Assembly: GCA_001512665.1 (NCBI GenBank)
Contig: LFSF01000038.1
Coordinates: 1,859 to 65,858 of the forward strand
Reading direction: 5' to 3'
Length of the DNA: 64,000 nucleotides
From: Clostridiales bacterium DTU073
GTDB taxonomy: Bacteria > Bacillota > Peptococcia > DRI-13 > DTU073
Shown here one piece after another: positions 8,853-18,651 of the stretch. The first letter of the stretch is position 1, and the number at the start of each line of letters is the position of its first letter. The notes under the pieces are model-generated. The model was not told the origin of the DNA, did no database searches, and saw only the letters and a program-made list of their open reading frames with translations. Position numbers and translations under genes: made by a program.

Positions 8853-9999
8853 AATTAACGGGCTACTGTCACAGGAAGAAATTAATGCGTTGTTAAAGGA
8901 AACAGCAGAAGCAGAATTTTCCAATATCGCAGCTCCCGATACGGATAAGCCTCTCGAAAGTTTAGATGCAATGGAGCAAGATGTTTTGGGTGAATTAGCT
9001 AATATTTCTATGGGTTCAGCAGCAACGGCCTTATCAGCATTGTTAGGTAATAAAACAAATATCACCACACCCAAAATTTCAGTTACCACAACAGATATAC
9101 TCAAGGAAGAATATCCTGATGCTTATTTAACTGTAAATGTTAATTATACCAGTGGTTTGATAGGTTTAAATGTTTTAGTCTTACATACAAAAGATGCGGG
9201 AGTTCTTGTTGATTTAATGATGAAAGGAGATGGCAGCAATCCACCATCGGAGATAAATGAGTTACATCTTAGTGCAATTAGTGAAGCAATGGATCAGATG
9301 ATGAATGCTTCGACTGCAGCTTTAATGCAAATCTTAAATAAACCAATAGAGATTTCACCTCCTGTTGTTAACATAAAAAGTTTTGGTACTGATAAATTTT
9401 TTGAAAACGAAGATTTTCATGAAGTTGTAAAAATAGCTTTTTCTTTAACGATTGAAGGTTTAGTTGATAGTGAAATGTTGCAAATTATCCCTGTTTCTTT
9501 TGCTAAACAAATGGTTTCTGAACTTTGTAATCCCACTGATATAAGTATGGAACAACTTGAAGTAAATAATCAGCCGGAAACTAATAATTCTTCTATAACA
9601 AATAATCAAACAGGAATTGATGTTATGGAAAATAAGGCAACTTCGGAAAACAATATACAGAAAAAACCTACACAAGTGGAAGTAACCCCTGTACAATTTC
9701 CTGATTTTGAAGAAAACTCCCCATCTCGCGAAGAGATGCCCCCAAACTTGGAACTGATTATGGATATAAGCCTACAGTTATCTGTTGAGCTAGGTAGAAC
9801 TACTAAAAAAATTAAGGAGGTTCTTAAACTTACCAATGGTTCGATTGTGGAATTAGATAAATTGGCCGGTGAACCGGTAGACATTTTAGTTAATGGCAGA
9901 CTTTTGGCTAAAGGGGAAGTTATCATTATAGATGAGAATTTTGGGGTTAGAGTTACAGAAATATTATCACCATCAGAAAGAATTAAGAATTTAAAATAA
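8836..9999 (+). CDS. fliY: Flagellar motor switch/phosphatase FliY (CheC-like domain + FliN domain)
   Basis: LSQEEINALL peptide. CheC-type repeats ANISMGSAATALS and LSAISEAMDQMMNAS. C-terminal FliN domain LSVELGRTTKKIKEVLKLTNGSIVELDKLAGEPVDILVNG. Confidence 0.92.
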   Translation: MKGVIKINGLLSQEEINALLKETAEAEFSNIAAPDTDKPLESLDAMEQDVLGELANISMGSAATALSALLGNKTNITTPKISVTTTDILKEEYPDAYLTVNVNYTSGLIGLNVLVLHTKDAGVLVDLMMKGDGSNPPSEINELHLSAISEAMDQMMNASTAALMQILNKPIEISPPVVNIKSFGTDKFFENEDFHEVVKIAFSLTIEGLVDSEMLQIIPVSFAKQMVSELCNPTDISMEQLEVNNQPETNNSSITNNQTGIDVMENKATSENNIQKKPTQVEVTPVQFPDFEENSPSREEMPPNLELIMDISLQLSVELGRTTKKIKEVLKLTNGSIVELDKLAGEPVDILVNGRLLAKGEVIIIDENFGVRVTEILSPSERIKNLK

Positions 10000-10029
10000 A
10001 AATAATTTTTAAATGAAGGGAGATTAGAA

Positions 10030-10392
10030 ATGGCACATAGTGTTTTATTAGTAGATGATGCTGCTTTTATGAGGATGATACTTAGAGAAATTTTAACTAA
10101 AGGTGGGTATAATGTAGTCGGAGAAGCAGAAAACGGTATTATAGCTGTTACCAAGTACAAAGAGTTGAGACCTGATATTGTGACAATGGATATTACCATG
10201 CCGGAAATGGATGGGATTACAGCTGTAAAAGAAATTAAAAAAATTAATCCTAATGCTAAAATAATTATGTGTAGTGCTATGGGCCAACAGGCTATGGTAA
10301 TTGAAGCCATACAATCAGGTGCCCGAGACTTTATCGTTAAACCTTTTCAACCGGTCCGCGTAATGGAAGCTGTGCAAAAAGCGTTGATATAA
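10030..10392 (+). CDS. cheY: Chemotaxis response regulator CheY
   Basis: 120-aa stand-alone receiver with VLLVDDAAFMR, MDITMPEMDG and VKPF motifs. Confidence 0.95.
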   Translation: MAHSVLLVDDAAFMRMILREILTKGGYNVVGEAENGIIAVTKYKELRPDIVTMDITMPEMDGITAVKEIKKINPNAKIIMCSAMGQQAMVIEAIQSGARDFIVKPFQPVRVMEAVQKALI

Positions 10393-10405
10393 TCAGGGAG
10401 GAAAG

Positions 10406-10939
10406 ATGTTAGTTAATATATTTCTTACTGCATTGCCGCCAGAAAATCCTGAAAATTATTATGTTGCGAATTATCCTAGTGTCACAGCTTTATTTTTTCG
10501 TATCATATTAACACTGATTTTTGTTGTTCTTATAACTTACATAATTTTAAGGATAATTAAACGCCAACAGAATTTACAGCAAAATCAAAAAAAATGGGTT
10601 AAGATCCTTGATTATCAAGCATTAGGTACAAATCGCGGCTTGTATCTTATGGAATTGTACGATATTGTTTGCATTGTTGCAGTTAGTGACGGTCAAATCA
10701 GTATTCTTAAAGAGATAGATACCGGTAATGAAAAATGGGAAGAAATAAAAAATAGTCTTCTTGATTCTGAGGATTTTGTGACCAAAGGAATAGAGCGATT
10801 GTTCAAAATAAAAGATTATTCTCTTACAAAAAATATTGATCTTACCAGGAATGATTTTCAGCAGCAATTAGCTGAACAATTTCGTAAAAACCAGCATCTC
10901 TCGCAAGATATTTTTCGCGGGAGGGATCGGGATGAATAA
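10406..10939 (+). CDS. Flagellar biosynthesis protein FliO/FliZ-type
   Basis: 177 aa with a single TM helix (LIFVVLITYIILRII). Sits immediately upstream of and overlaps fliP, which is the FliO/FliZ slot. Confidence 0.7.
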   Translation: MLVNIFLTALPPENPENYYVANYPSVTALFFRIILTLIFVVLITYIILRIIKRQQNLQQNQKKWVKILDYQALGTNRGLYLMELYDIVCIVAVSDGQISILKEIDTGNEKWEEIKNSLLDSEDFVTKGIERLFKIKDYSLTKNIDLTRNDFQQQLAEQFRKNQHLSQDIFRGRDRDE

Positions 10940-11699
10940 GGTTTTAAAAGGGAAATTTGTTGTAGCGTTACTGATTTGTATACTCATTCTTTTTTGTTCA
11001 ATAGATACTTATGCCACAACAATCCCTCTGCCTAAAATAGGTATTGAAGTTGACTCTGCAGAGTCACCGCAAGATGTAGCATTATCTCTGCAAATATTAG
11101 CACTTTTGACGATTTTAACTCTTGCACCGGCTATATTAATATTAATGACCTCTTTTACGCGAATTATTGTTGTTTTTTCCTTTTTACGAAATGCTTTAGC
11201 TACGCAGCAAATGCCTCCTAATCAAGTTTTGGTTGGTTTAGCTCTCTTTTTAACCTTTTTTATCATGGCTCCGGTATGGAGTGAGGTCAATCAAAAGGCA
11301 TTACAACCTTATCTAGCCGGAGAAATAACACAGGAAACAGCTTTTGCTAATGGAATTAAACCTATTCGAGAATTTATGTTAAAACAGACGAGAGAAAAAG
11401 ATTTAGCTTTATTCGTAAATCTTTCCTCTACACCTAAACCTAATTCGCCCGAAGATATTCCCACCCATGTGGTAATACCGGCTTTTGCCATCAGTGAATT
11501 AAAAACTGCGTTTCAAATTGGTTTTATCATTTACCTTCCTTTTATTGTTATAGATATGGTAGTTGCCAGTACCTTAATGGCTATGGGGATGATGATGTTA
11601 CCACCGATGATGATTTCTTTACCATTTAAGATTTTACTGTTTATTCTGGTTGATGGTTGGAATTTAGTTGTGCAGTCATTACTGTTGAGTTTTCGCTGA
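10932..11699 (+). CDS. fliP: Flagellar export apparatus protein FliP
   Basis: Signal-like N-terminus and FTRIIVVFSFLRNALATQQMPPNQVLVGLALFLTFFIMAP signature. Confidence 0.96.
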   Translation: MNKVLKGKFVVALLICILILFCSIDTYATTIPLPKIGIEVDSAESPQDVALSLQILALLTILTLAPAILILMTSFTRIIVVFSFLRNALATQQMPPNQVLVGLALFLTFFIMAPVWSEVNQKALQPYLAGEITQETAFANGIKPIREFMLKQTREKDLALFVNLSSTPKPNSPEDIPTHVVIPAFAISELKTAFQIGFIIYLPFIVIDMVVASTLMAMGMMMLPPMMISLPFKILLFILVDGWNLVVQSLLLSFR

Positions 11700-11731
11700 T
11701 TTACGATATCTTTAAAAAGTAGGTTGTTAAG

Positions 11732-12001
11732 ATGACACAGGATTTTATAATTTATTTGGGCAGAGAAGCAGTATATGCGATTTTACTTTTATCCGGACCT
11801 CTCTTAGGCGGAAGCTTATTGGTGGGTTTATTAATTAGTATCTTTCAAGCGACCACGCAGATTCAGGAACAAACCCTTACCTTTGTTCCTAAAATAGTTG
11901 TAGTCTTCATTAGTTTAGTTATTTTTGGTCCTTGGATGTTGAATATATTACTTGTTTTTACGCAAAATTTATTTTCCACTATTCCGCAATTGATGTTGTA
12001 A
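11732..12001 (+). CDS. fliQ: Flagellar export apparatus protein FliQ
   Basis: 89 aa with two TM helices and QATTQIQEQTLTFVPK motif. Confidence 0.95.
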   Translation: MTQDFIIYLGREAVYAILLLSGPLLGGSLLVGLLISIFQATTQIQEQTLTFVPKIVVVFISLVIFGPWMLNILLVFTQNLFSTIPQLML

Positions 12002-12030
12002 GGATAACTTTTTAATAGGAGAAAGTATAG

Positions 12031-12801
12031 ATGAATGTACTAGTTTCTTTTTTGACAGAATGGGATAAGTTTTTATTACTTTTAGCTAGGTTTTCAGGGA
12101 TTTCCTTTGTTCCCATTTTTAATGCTAGAAGCATTCCTATACAGTGGAGAATTTTTTTCTTAATGATTCTTACTTTTTTTGCCTGGTTATTGGGATTGGC
12201 TGAAACAGCTCCTGTTTTTTCACTTATACCAGAATATTTTATACTCATACTTATAGAAGTTCTTACCGGTATTGCTTTTGCTTTAATCATTCAGTTCTTT
12301 TTTGCTGCAGTGCAATTAGCAGGACAAATTATTGATACACAGTTAGGTTTTGGGATTATGAATGTAGTGGATCCATTAAGTGGAACACAGGCTCCGTTGA
12401 TTGGTAATTTTAAATATGTGTTGGCTATTTTAGTATTTTTGCAAATAGATGGTCATCATTATTTTATCAATGCACTTTTTGAAAGCTATAAATTTATTCC
12501 AATTGGAGAATGTATATTTTTAAATGCGAATTTTATTCAAAACTATATTAATTATTTTGGGAACATTTTTATTATCGGTTGTAAGCTAAGCATGCCCATA
12601 ATTGGTACATTATTGGTAACTGACTTTGTCTTAGGAATTATGGCAAGGACTGTTCCCCAGATGAATATTTTTATGGTGGGGATGCCGGCTAAGATTATCA
12701 TAGGATTTTTTGTTTTGTTGATTACCATTCCTTTGTTTATATTACTGTTAACTTCATCATTTGATCATGTTATAAAACAGATTTATAACTTATTAAATTG
12801 A
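12031..12801 (+). CDS. fliR: Flagellar export apparatus protein FliR
   Basis: 256-aa polytopic membrane protein between fliQ and flhB, with a GFGIMNVVDP-type motif. Confidence 0.93.
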   Translation: MNVLVSFLTEWDKFLLLLARFSGISFVPIFNARSIPIQWRIFFLMILTFFAWLLGLAETAPVFSLIPEYFILILIEVLTGIAFALIIQFFFAAVQLAGQIIDTQLGFGIMNVVDPLSGTQAPLIGNFKYVLAILVFLQIDGHHYFINALFESYKFIPIGECIFLNANFIQNYINYFGNIFIIGCKLSMPIIGTLLVTDFVLGIMARTVPQMNIFMVGMPAKIIIGFFVLLITIPLFILLLTSSFDHVIKQIYNLLN

Positions 12802-13892
12802 TAGGAAAAAACCAAATGCAAGAACTTATAATTAATTTACAACTATTTGCGGGCGAAAAAACAGAAAAAGCTACCCCACATCGTAAACGGGAAGCACGAA
12901 AAAAAGGTCAGGTAGTTAAAAGTAATGAAGTTATTACTGTAGTACTTCTTACGCTTACATTTTTAGTTTTAAAGACTTGGATACCCTTTGTGATGCAAGA
13001 TTTTCAACAGTTTTTTCATCATGTCTTTGCTTATACAAAAACAGAGATTACAGCAGAGGTCGCTACTATTTTAGTTATTGAGACGCTGGTGATTATCGCC
13101 ATAATTGCAGGTCCTATCTTACTTGTGGCTATGGTAGCCGGTTATGCGGCAAATGTTCTGCAAATTGGTTTTTTGGTTACTTCAGAATCGTTAAAATTTG
13201 ATTTAAATAGATTAAATCCTCTTAAAGGCCTGAAAAGGATTTTTTCCCTGAGAGCTATAGTGGAGTTATTAAAAACAATCTTAAAAACATGTTTGGTAGG
13301 TTTTGTTGCTTTTTATTTTCTTTATCAACAATTGCCTCAGTTCGCAGTGATGATGGATTATACTATTGCCCAGTCTCTCTATATAATGGGGAAGATTACA
13401 AATACTACAGTTTGGCGTATTTTAGCTGTTTTAATTGTTATTGCTATAGCTGATTATGCTTTTCAATATTATGATTATGAAAAATCCTTGAGAATGAGTA
13501 AGCAGGAGATCAAAGAAGAATTCAAGACAATAGAGGGAGACCCTCATGTTAAAGCAGAAATAAAAGCGAGACAGAGACAATTGGCCTCGAGAAGGATGAT
13601 GCAGGAAGTACCGGAGGCTACAGTAGTAATAACAAACCCGACACATTACGCCATAGCCTTAAAATATAATGATAGTATGTCCGCACCTACACTGGTTGCT
13701 AAAGGGAAAGATTATCTAGCACAGAAAATAAAGGAATTGGCAATAGAACATGATATTGTAATTGTAGAAAATAAAGAATTAGCTCGTACATTATACAGAG
13801 AAGTAGAAATTGGGATGCCTATTCCTGTAGAATTATATAAAGCAGTTGCAGAGGTATTGGCTTATGTTTATAAGCTTAAAGGACGCATCTAG
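12798..13892 (+). CDS. flhB: Flagellar export switch protein FlhB (more likely start ATG 12816)
   Basis: LQLFAGEKTEKATPHRKREARKKGQV N-terminus and NPTH autocleavage site (VVITNPTHYAIAL). Confidence 0.96.
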   Translation: MIGKNQMQELIINLQLFAGEKTEKATPHRKREARKKGQVVKSNEVITVVLLTLTFLVLKTWIPFVMQDFQQFFHHVFAYTKTEITAEVATILVIETLVIIAIIAGPILLVAMVAGYAANVLQIGFLVTSESLKFDLNRLNPLKGLKRIFSLRAIVELLKTILKTCLVGFVAFYFLYQQLPQFAVMMDYTIAQSLYIMGKITNTTVWRILAVLIVIAIADYAFQYYDYEKSLRMSKQEIKEEFKTIEGDPHVKAEIKARQRQLASRRMMQEVPEATVVITNPTHYAIALKYNDSMSAPTLVAKGKDYLAQKIKELAIEHDIVIVENKELARTLYREVEIGMPIPVELYKAVAEVLAYVYKLKGRI

Positions 13893-13897
13893 GAGCG

Positions 13898-15970
13898 ATG
13901 ATTATGTCTTCACAATCTGTACAACATAATCTATTTCGTCACACGGACATTATAGTGGCGTTAGGAATAATTAGTATTGTAGTAATGATGATTATTCCTT
14001 TGCCGCCAACTTTACTTGATATTTTAATTGTCTTTAATATTACTTGTTCCTTGGTTGTGCTCCTTGTTGCTATGTATAATAATGAGCCATTGGACTTTTC
14101 TATTTTTCCTTCTTTGCTCTTAGTGCTGACCCTTTATCGGTTGGCGTTAAACATCTCCTCTACGCGGTTAATTCTTTTACATGCTTATGCCGGTGAAGTC
14201 ATCAATCAATTTGGTAATTTTGTCGTAGGGGGTAATGCTTTTGTAGGATTTATTATCTTCCTGATTCTTGTGATTATCCAATTTATCGTTATTACCAAAG
14301 GTGCAGAACGTGTAGCTGAAGTAGCTGCTCGCTTTACTCTGGATGCTATGCCTGGAAAACAAATGAGCATTGATGCCGATCTTAATGCCGGACTTATTTC
14401 TGAGGATGAAGCTAGACAAAGACGAATAAAGATTCAGCGTGAAGCTGATTTTTATGGAGCTATGGATGGTGCTAGTAAATTTGTTAAAGGAGATGCCATT
14501 GCCAGTATTATTATCACATTAATTAATATTTTAGGGGGAATGGCAATTGGTTTTATTCAGAAAAATATGGGAAGCATTGGTGAGGTAGCCCAGAGATATA
14601 CATTACTTTCAGTAGGTGATGGTTTGGTATGTCAAATACCTGCGTTACTTCTCTCCACGGCAACAGCGATCATTGTTACTCGTGCTGCTTCGGAGAATAG
14701 TCTGGGTCAAGATATTTTTGGTCAGGTTTTTGCGAAACCAAAAGTCTTAGCTATTGCTTCAGGTGCTCTTCTTGCTTTTGGTATGGTCCCCGGATTACCA
14801 AAATTCCCGTTTATTTTCTTAGGACTTTTAGTTGGTGGTTTAGCGTTTACGTTATTTAAATCTGAAGCAGCGCTGACTAAAGAGACAGTAAACAATCTTG
14901 AAAATGAACAAGCGGTAGAAATGAAAAAGCCTGAAAATGTTTATTCACTGTTACAGGTTGATCCGATAGAATTAGAGATGGGCTATGGTTTAATTCCGTT
15001 GGTTGATACGACTCAAGGTGGTGACTTATTAGAGCGGGTAATTATGATCCGCCGACAGTGTGCTATAGAACTAGGGATTGTTATTCCTCCTATTCGTATT
15101 CGGGATAATATGCAACTGCCTCCCAATAATTATGTTTTAAAATTAAGAGGAGTACCCTTAGCCCAAGGAGAAATTATGTTAAATCAGTATTTAGCAATGG
15201 GAGGTGAAGGGGAACTTGTAGGAATACCTACAAAGGAACCTGCTTTTGGTTTACCTGCAAAGTGGATCAGTGCTTCCTTAAGGGAAGAGGCAGAATCATC
15301 CGGTTATACAGTAGTTGATCCACCTTCTGTTTTAGCAACTCATATTACGGAGTTTCTGAAGAATAATGCAGCTGAAATTTTAAGTAGGCAGGATGTAAAA
15401 TCCCTTTTGGATAATTTAAAAAAGGAGTATTCTGCTGTAGTAGAGGAGGTAGTCCCCAATTTACTTTCTTTAGCGGAAGTTCATAAAGTGTTGGGAAATT
15501 TATTGCAGGAAAGAGTGCCGATTAGAGATTTAGTTTCAATTATGGAAGCATTAGGTGATTGGGCGCCGATTACGAAAGATCCTGACCTGTTAACTGAGTA
15601 TGTGCGTCAGAAAATAGCAAGACAAATTACCCAGTTATATAAAGATGATGATGGGAAGATCTATTGTTTTACCGTAGATCCGCAGATAGAAAAAATCATT
15701 GGGGAAAGTGTGCAAAGTAGTGACAAGGGTACATATTTAGTAATTGATCCGGGAATTGCCCAAACAATAGTTAAAGAGTTAGGGAAACTACTGGAAAATC
15801 GTAGTTTTATGGGCAAACAATTTGTAGTTTTAGTTTCGCCTGTAATAAGAAGGTATTTTAGAAAATTAGTGGAGAGGGTTTTACCATCAGTTCCGATAAT
15901 TTCCTATAATGAAATACCTCCTCAAATAGAAATTGAGTCAGTTGGGATGGTGAAATTAAATGCGGGTTAA
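13898..15970 (+). CDS. flhA: Flagellar export gate protein FlhA
   Basis: 690 aa. Membrane domain plus FLILVIIQFIVITKGAERVAEVAARFTLDAMPGKQMSIDADL signature and a cytoplasmic ring domain. Confidence 0.97.
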   Translation: MIMSSQSVQHNLFRHTDIIVALGIISIVVMMIIPLPPTLLDILIVFNITCSLVVLLVAMYNNEPLDFSIFPSLLLVLTLYRLALNISSTRLILLHAYAGEVINQFGNFVVGGNAFVGFIIFLILVIIQFIVITKGAERVAEVAARFTLDAMPGKQMSIDADLNAGLISEDEARQRRIKIQREADFYGAMDGASKFVKGDAIASIIITLINILGGMAIGFIQKNMGSIGEVAQRYTLLSVGDGLVCQIPALLLSTATAIIVTRAASENSLGQDIFGQVFAKPKVLAIASGALLAFGMVPGLPKFPFIFLGLLVGGLAFTLFKSEAALTKETVNNLENEQAVEMKKPENVYSLLQVDPIELEMGYGLIPLVDTTQGGDLLERVIMIRRQCAIELGIVIPPIRIRDNMQLPPNNYVLKLRGVPLAQGEIMLNQYLAMGGEGELVGIPTKEPAFGLPAKWISASLREEAESSGYTVVDPPSVLATHITEFLKNNAAEILSRQDVKSLLDNLKKEYSAVVEEVVPNLLSLAEVHKVLGNLLQERVPIRDLVSIMEALGDWAPITKDPDLLTEYVRQKIARQITQLYKDDDGKIYCFTVDPQIEKIIGESVQSSDKGTYLVIDPGIAQTIVKELGKLLENRSFMGKQFVVLVSPVIRRYFRKLVERVLPSVPIISYNEIPPQIEIESVGMVKLNAG

Positions 15971-17078
15971 AAGATATGTAGCTGTTAATATGCAAGAAGC
16001 AATGGGAAAAATAAAAGCTGAATTAGGTAATAATGCAGTAATTTTACATACTCGTTATTTTAAAGAAGGCGGTTTTTTTGGCTTATTTGGGAAGAATTAT
16101 GTTGAAGTGACTGCGGCCGCAGATAATGATGGGGAAGATGTTTCCGCCAATAATCTAGCTGCGATAAAACAAAAGATTAATAATGTTAATATCAATAATG
16201 ACAAGGAAATAGTTACAGACCTAACAGAAATGCACAAAATGATGAAAGAAATGTCTCTAATGTTAGAAAACCTAGGCGAACCTAAATTTCCCAAAAAAGG
16301 ACAAAATCTATATAAACTCTTAAAAAAGCAAGAAGTTGATGATAAAATAGCCCAAAAGATCGTAAAATTAACGTTAGATGAATATGCGGATAGTCCTATC
16401 CAAAAAAAAGAAGAACTAAATAGGATCTTTTTTGCTAACCTCTTAAAACCGATTCAAAATATTAAATATCAACCTTCTAAAGCTAAAAAAGGTAAGCCCA
16501 GGATTTTAACCTTCATTGGACCTACCGGGGTTGGTAAAACAACTACTATAGCCAAACTGGCAGCAATGAGTGCTGTTATGGAAAAGAAAAAAGTTGGTTT
16601 AATAACGATTGATACATATAGAATTGCTGCGGTAGAACAGTTGAAAACCATAGGAGATATCATCAATGTTCCGGTTAATGTTATTTTTAATCCGGAAAAC
16701 TTACGAGAAAGTCTTCAGGAAATGAAGGATTATGATGTTATTTATATTGATACGGCAGGTCGAAGTCATAAGAATGAAACGCAAGTTAATGAGCTAAAAC
16801 AATATTTGGAAAGCGCAAATTCTAATGAGATTTTTTTAGTTTTATCCAGTACGAGTAAATATCAAGATTTTCTTGATATACTCGCTACATACCAAGATGT
16901 AAATATTACGAGTTTAATTATTACGAAACTTGATGAGACTTCAAATTACGGATCTATTTATAATCTTCTTTATAATTATGAATATCCCATTTCTTATTTT
17001 GCTAACGGTCAAAACATTCCTGACGATATTGAAGCAGCTGATCCTATTAAGCTTGTGCAAATGTTGGTGAAGGAGTAG
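15960..17078 (+). CDS. flhF: Flagellar SRP-type GTPase FlhF
   Basis: G motifs GPTGVGKTTT, DTAGR and TKLDET. Follows flhA. Confidence 0.94.
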   Translation: MRVKRYVAVNMQEAMGKIKAELGNNAVILHTRYFKEGGFFGLFGKNYVEVTAAADNDGEDVSANNLAAIKQKINNVNINNDKEIVTDLTEMHKMMKEMSLMLENLGEPKFPKKGQNLYKLLKKQEVDDKIAQKIVKLTLDEYADSPIQKKEELNRIFFANLLKPIQNIKYQPSKAKKGKPRILTFIGPTGVGKTTTIAKLAAMSAVMEKKKVGLITIDTYRIAAVEQLKTIGDIINVPVNVIFNPENLRESLQEMKDYDVIYIDTAGRSHKNETQVNELKQYLESANSNEIFLVLSSTSKYQDFLDILATYQDVNITSLIITKLDETSNYGSIYNLLYNYEYPISYFANGQNIPDDIEAADPIKLVQMLVKE

Positions 17079-17082
17079 TAAG

Positions 17083-17970
17083 ATGAATAACCAAGCAGAT
17101 TCTTTACGTCTAATCGTAAAACAAATGAAAAACAGTCTTCATGCACAAATAAATAGGACCAAAAAAGGTACCCGTGTAATCACTATTTCCAGCGGAAAAG
17201 GCGGAGTAGGGAAAAGCAATCTTTCTCTAAATCTTGCTTTGGCCCTTACAGATTTTAAGCAAAAAGTTATTCTCTTAGATGCAGATATGGGGTTAGCAAA
17301 TATTGATGTGATTTTAGGACTTACACCTCTTTATAATCTTGCCCATGTTATGGTTGGAGAAAAAAATATTACCGATATAATAACTGAAGGACCCCATGGG
17401 TTAAAAATAATTCCAGGCGGTTCGGGGATGCAGGAGTTAGCGAATCTTAAAGAATGGGAATTAGAAAACTTTTTAACAAAATTAAGCAAAATAGAAGGAA
17501 TAACAGACTATTTATTAATTGACACAGGGGCCGGTTTATCTAAAACAGTATTAAGTTTTGCTTTAGCTGCCGACGAATTGATTGTGGTTACAACATCTGA
17601 ACCAACTGCAATTACAGATGCTTATGGCTTAATAAAAACATTATGTCGACAAGATTATTTAGGAAAAATCTATATTGTCGTAAACCGGGTATCTTCTCCT
17701 AAAGAAGCGGCTATTGTTTTTAATAAATTAAAAATTGCTGTAAATAGATTTTTAAAACATAATATAGACTTTTTAGGTTACGTTGTTGAAGATGCTAAAG
17801 TAGGACAGGCGGTACAAGACCAGAAAGCATTTATCATTGAATATCCTCATGCTACGGCTTCGCATAATCTTTATAGTATTGCTGCTAAAATTACCGACCA
17901 GGAAGATAAATTACAGCAAAATAATGGTTTAAAAGCGTTTTTCAGTAAAGTTTATCAATATTTTAGGTAG
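17083..17970 (+). CDS. flhG: MinD/ParA-type ATPase FlhG (YlxH)
   Basis: Deviant Walker A SGKGGVGKSNLSLNLA. Follows flhF. Confidence 0.92.
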   Translation: MNNQADSLRLIVKQMKNSLHAQINRTKKGTRVITISSGKGGVGKSNLSLNLALALTDFKQKVILLDADMGLANIDVILGLTPLYNLAHVMVGEKNITDIITEGPHGLKIIPGGSGMQELANLKEWELENFLTKLSKIEGITDYLLIDTGAGLSKTVLSFALAADELIVVTTSEPTAITDAYGLIKTLCRQDYLGKIYIVVNRVSSPKEAAIVFNKLKIAVNRFLKHNIDFLGYVVEDAKVGQAVQDQKAFIIEYPHATASHNLYSIAAKITDQEDKLQQNNGLKAFFSKVYQYFR

Positions 17971-17972
17971 GT

Positions 17973-18647
17973 ATGGCTATGGAAAATTTAAAAAACCTTT
18001 TAAAACTCAATCAATTAGTAAATATTGAAATAACTAATACTGAAGGTGAATCTACGCGTTATCGGAGTCGGATCATAGATATTGATGACCAATATGTGAC
18101 CCTTATTGCACCTCGTAGTGAGCAGGAAGTTATAAAACTTGCTCCGGGGAAGATTATGAATATTTGGTTTTGGAATAGTGAAGCATTTTATACTTTCAGT
18201 TCATACTTAATTAAGGAAGAATCTGAGGATATTATTAATAAAATCTGCATTGCCTATCCGGAAACAATCATACGGGTTCAAAAGAGAGAATATGTCCGGG
18301 TTCCATACGATTTAGATGTTTTGTTATCATATAATAACAATAAAGGAGAAGAGGAATTCATACGATGTAGGACTAAAGATATTAGCGGAGGAGGGTTGAT
18401 GCTTGTTATAAATGTATATGCGCCTCTTCATAAAGGAACTATTGTTAATTTGCAATTTAAATTGGATGATGAACTGATTAAAGTAAAAGGTGAAGTCGTT
18501 TGGAATGACTGGACGCTGGATAAGCATGGGTTTGAACAAAATAATATTGGTGTAAAATTTAAAAATATTTTAGAATCTACTCGTAAAATTATCATTAAAA
18601 ATGTTTTTGCACGTCAAATTGAGCTAAAGAGGAAGGGGTTACTTTAA
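17973..18647 (+). CDS. YcgR/MotI-like PilZ-domain protein (putative c-di-GMP receptor)
   Basis: RxxxR (KREYVRV) and DxSxxG (DISGGG) motifs about 30 aa apart, plus an N-terminal PilZN-like beta domain. Confidence 0.8.
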   Translation: MAMENLKNLLKLNQLVNIEITNTEGESTRYRSRIIDIDDQYVTLIAPRSEQEVIKLAPGKIMNIWFWNSEAFYTFSSYLIKEESEDIINKICIAYPETIIRVQKREYVRVPYDLDVLLSYNNNKGEEEFIRCRTKDISGGGLMLVINVYAPLHKGTIVNLQFKLDDELIKVKGEVVWNDWTLDKHGFEQNNIGVKFKNILESTRKIIIKNVFARQIELKRKGLL

Positions 18648-18651
18648 GGAG

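Noticed and set aside
9606-10310. A 234-aa minus-strand ORF spanning the fliY 3' end, the fliY-cheY spacer and most of cheY
   Set aside because: It is antisense to two confidently identified genes. It is rich in S/I/L/T with no recognisable motif, RBS or promoter, and this composition is typical of a shadow frame opposite codon-biased genes. It is long for an AT-rich genome, but I see no independent support.
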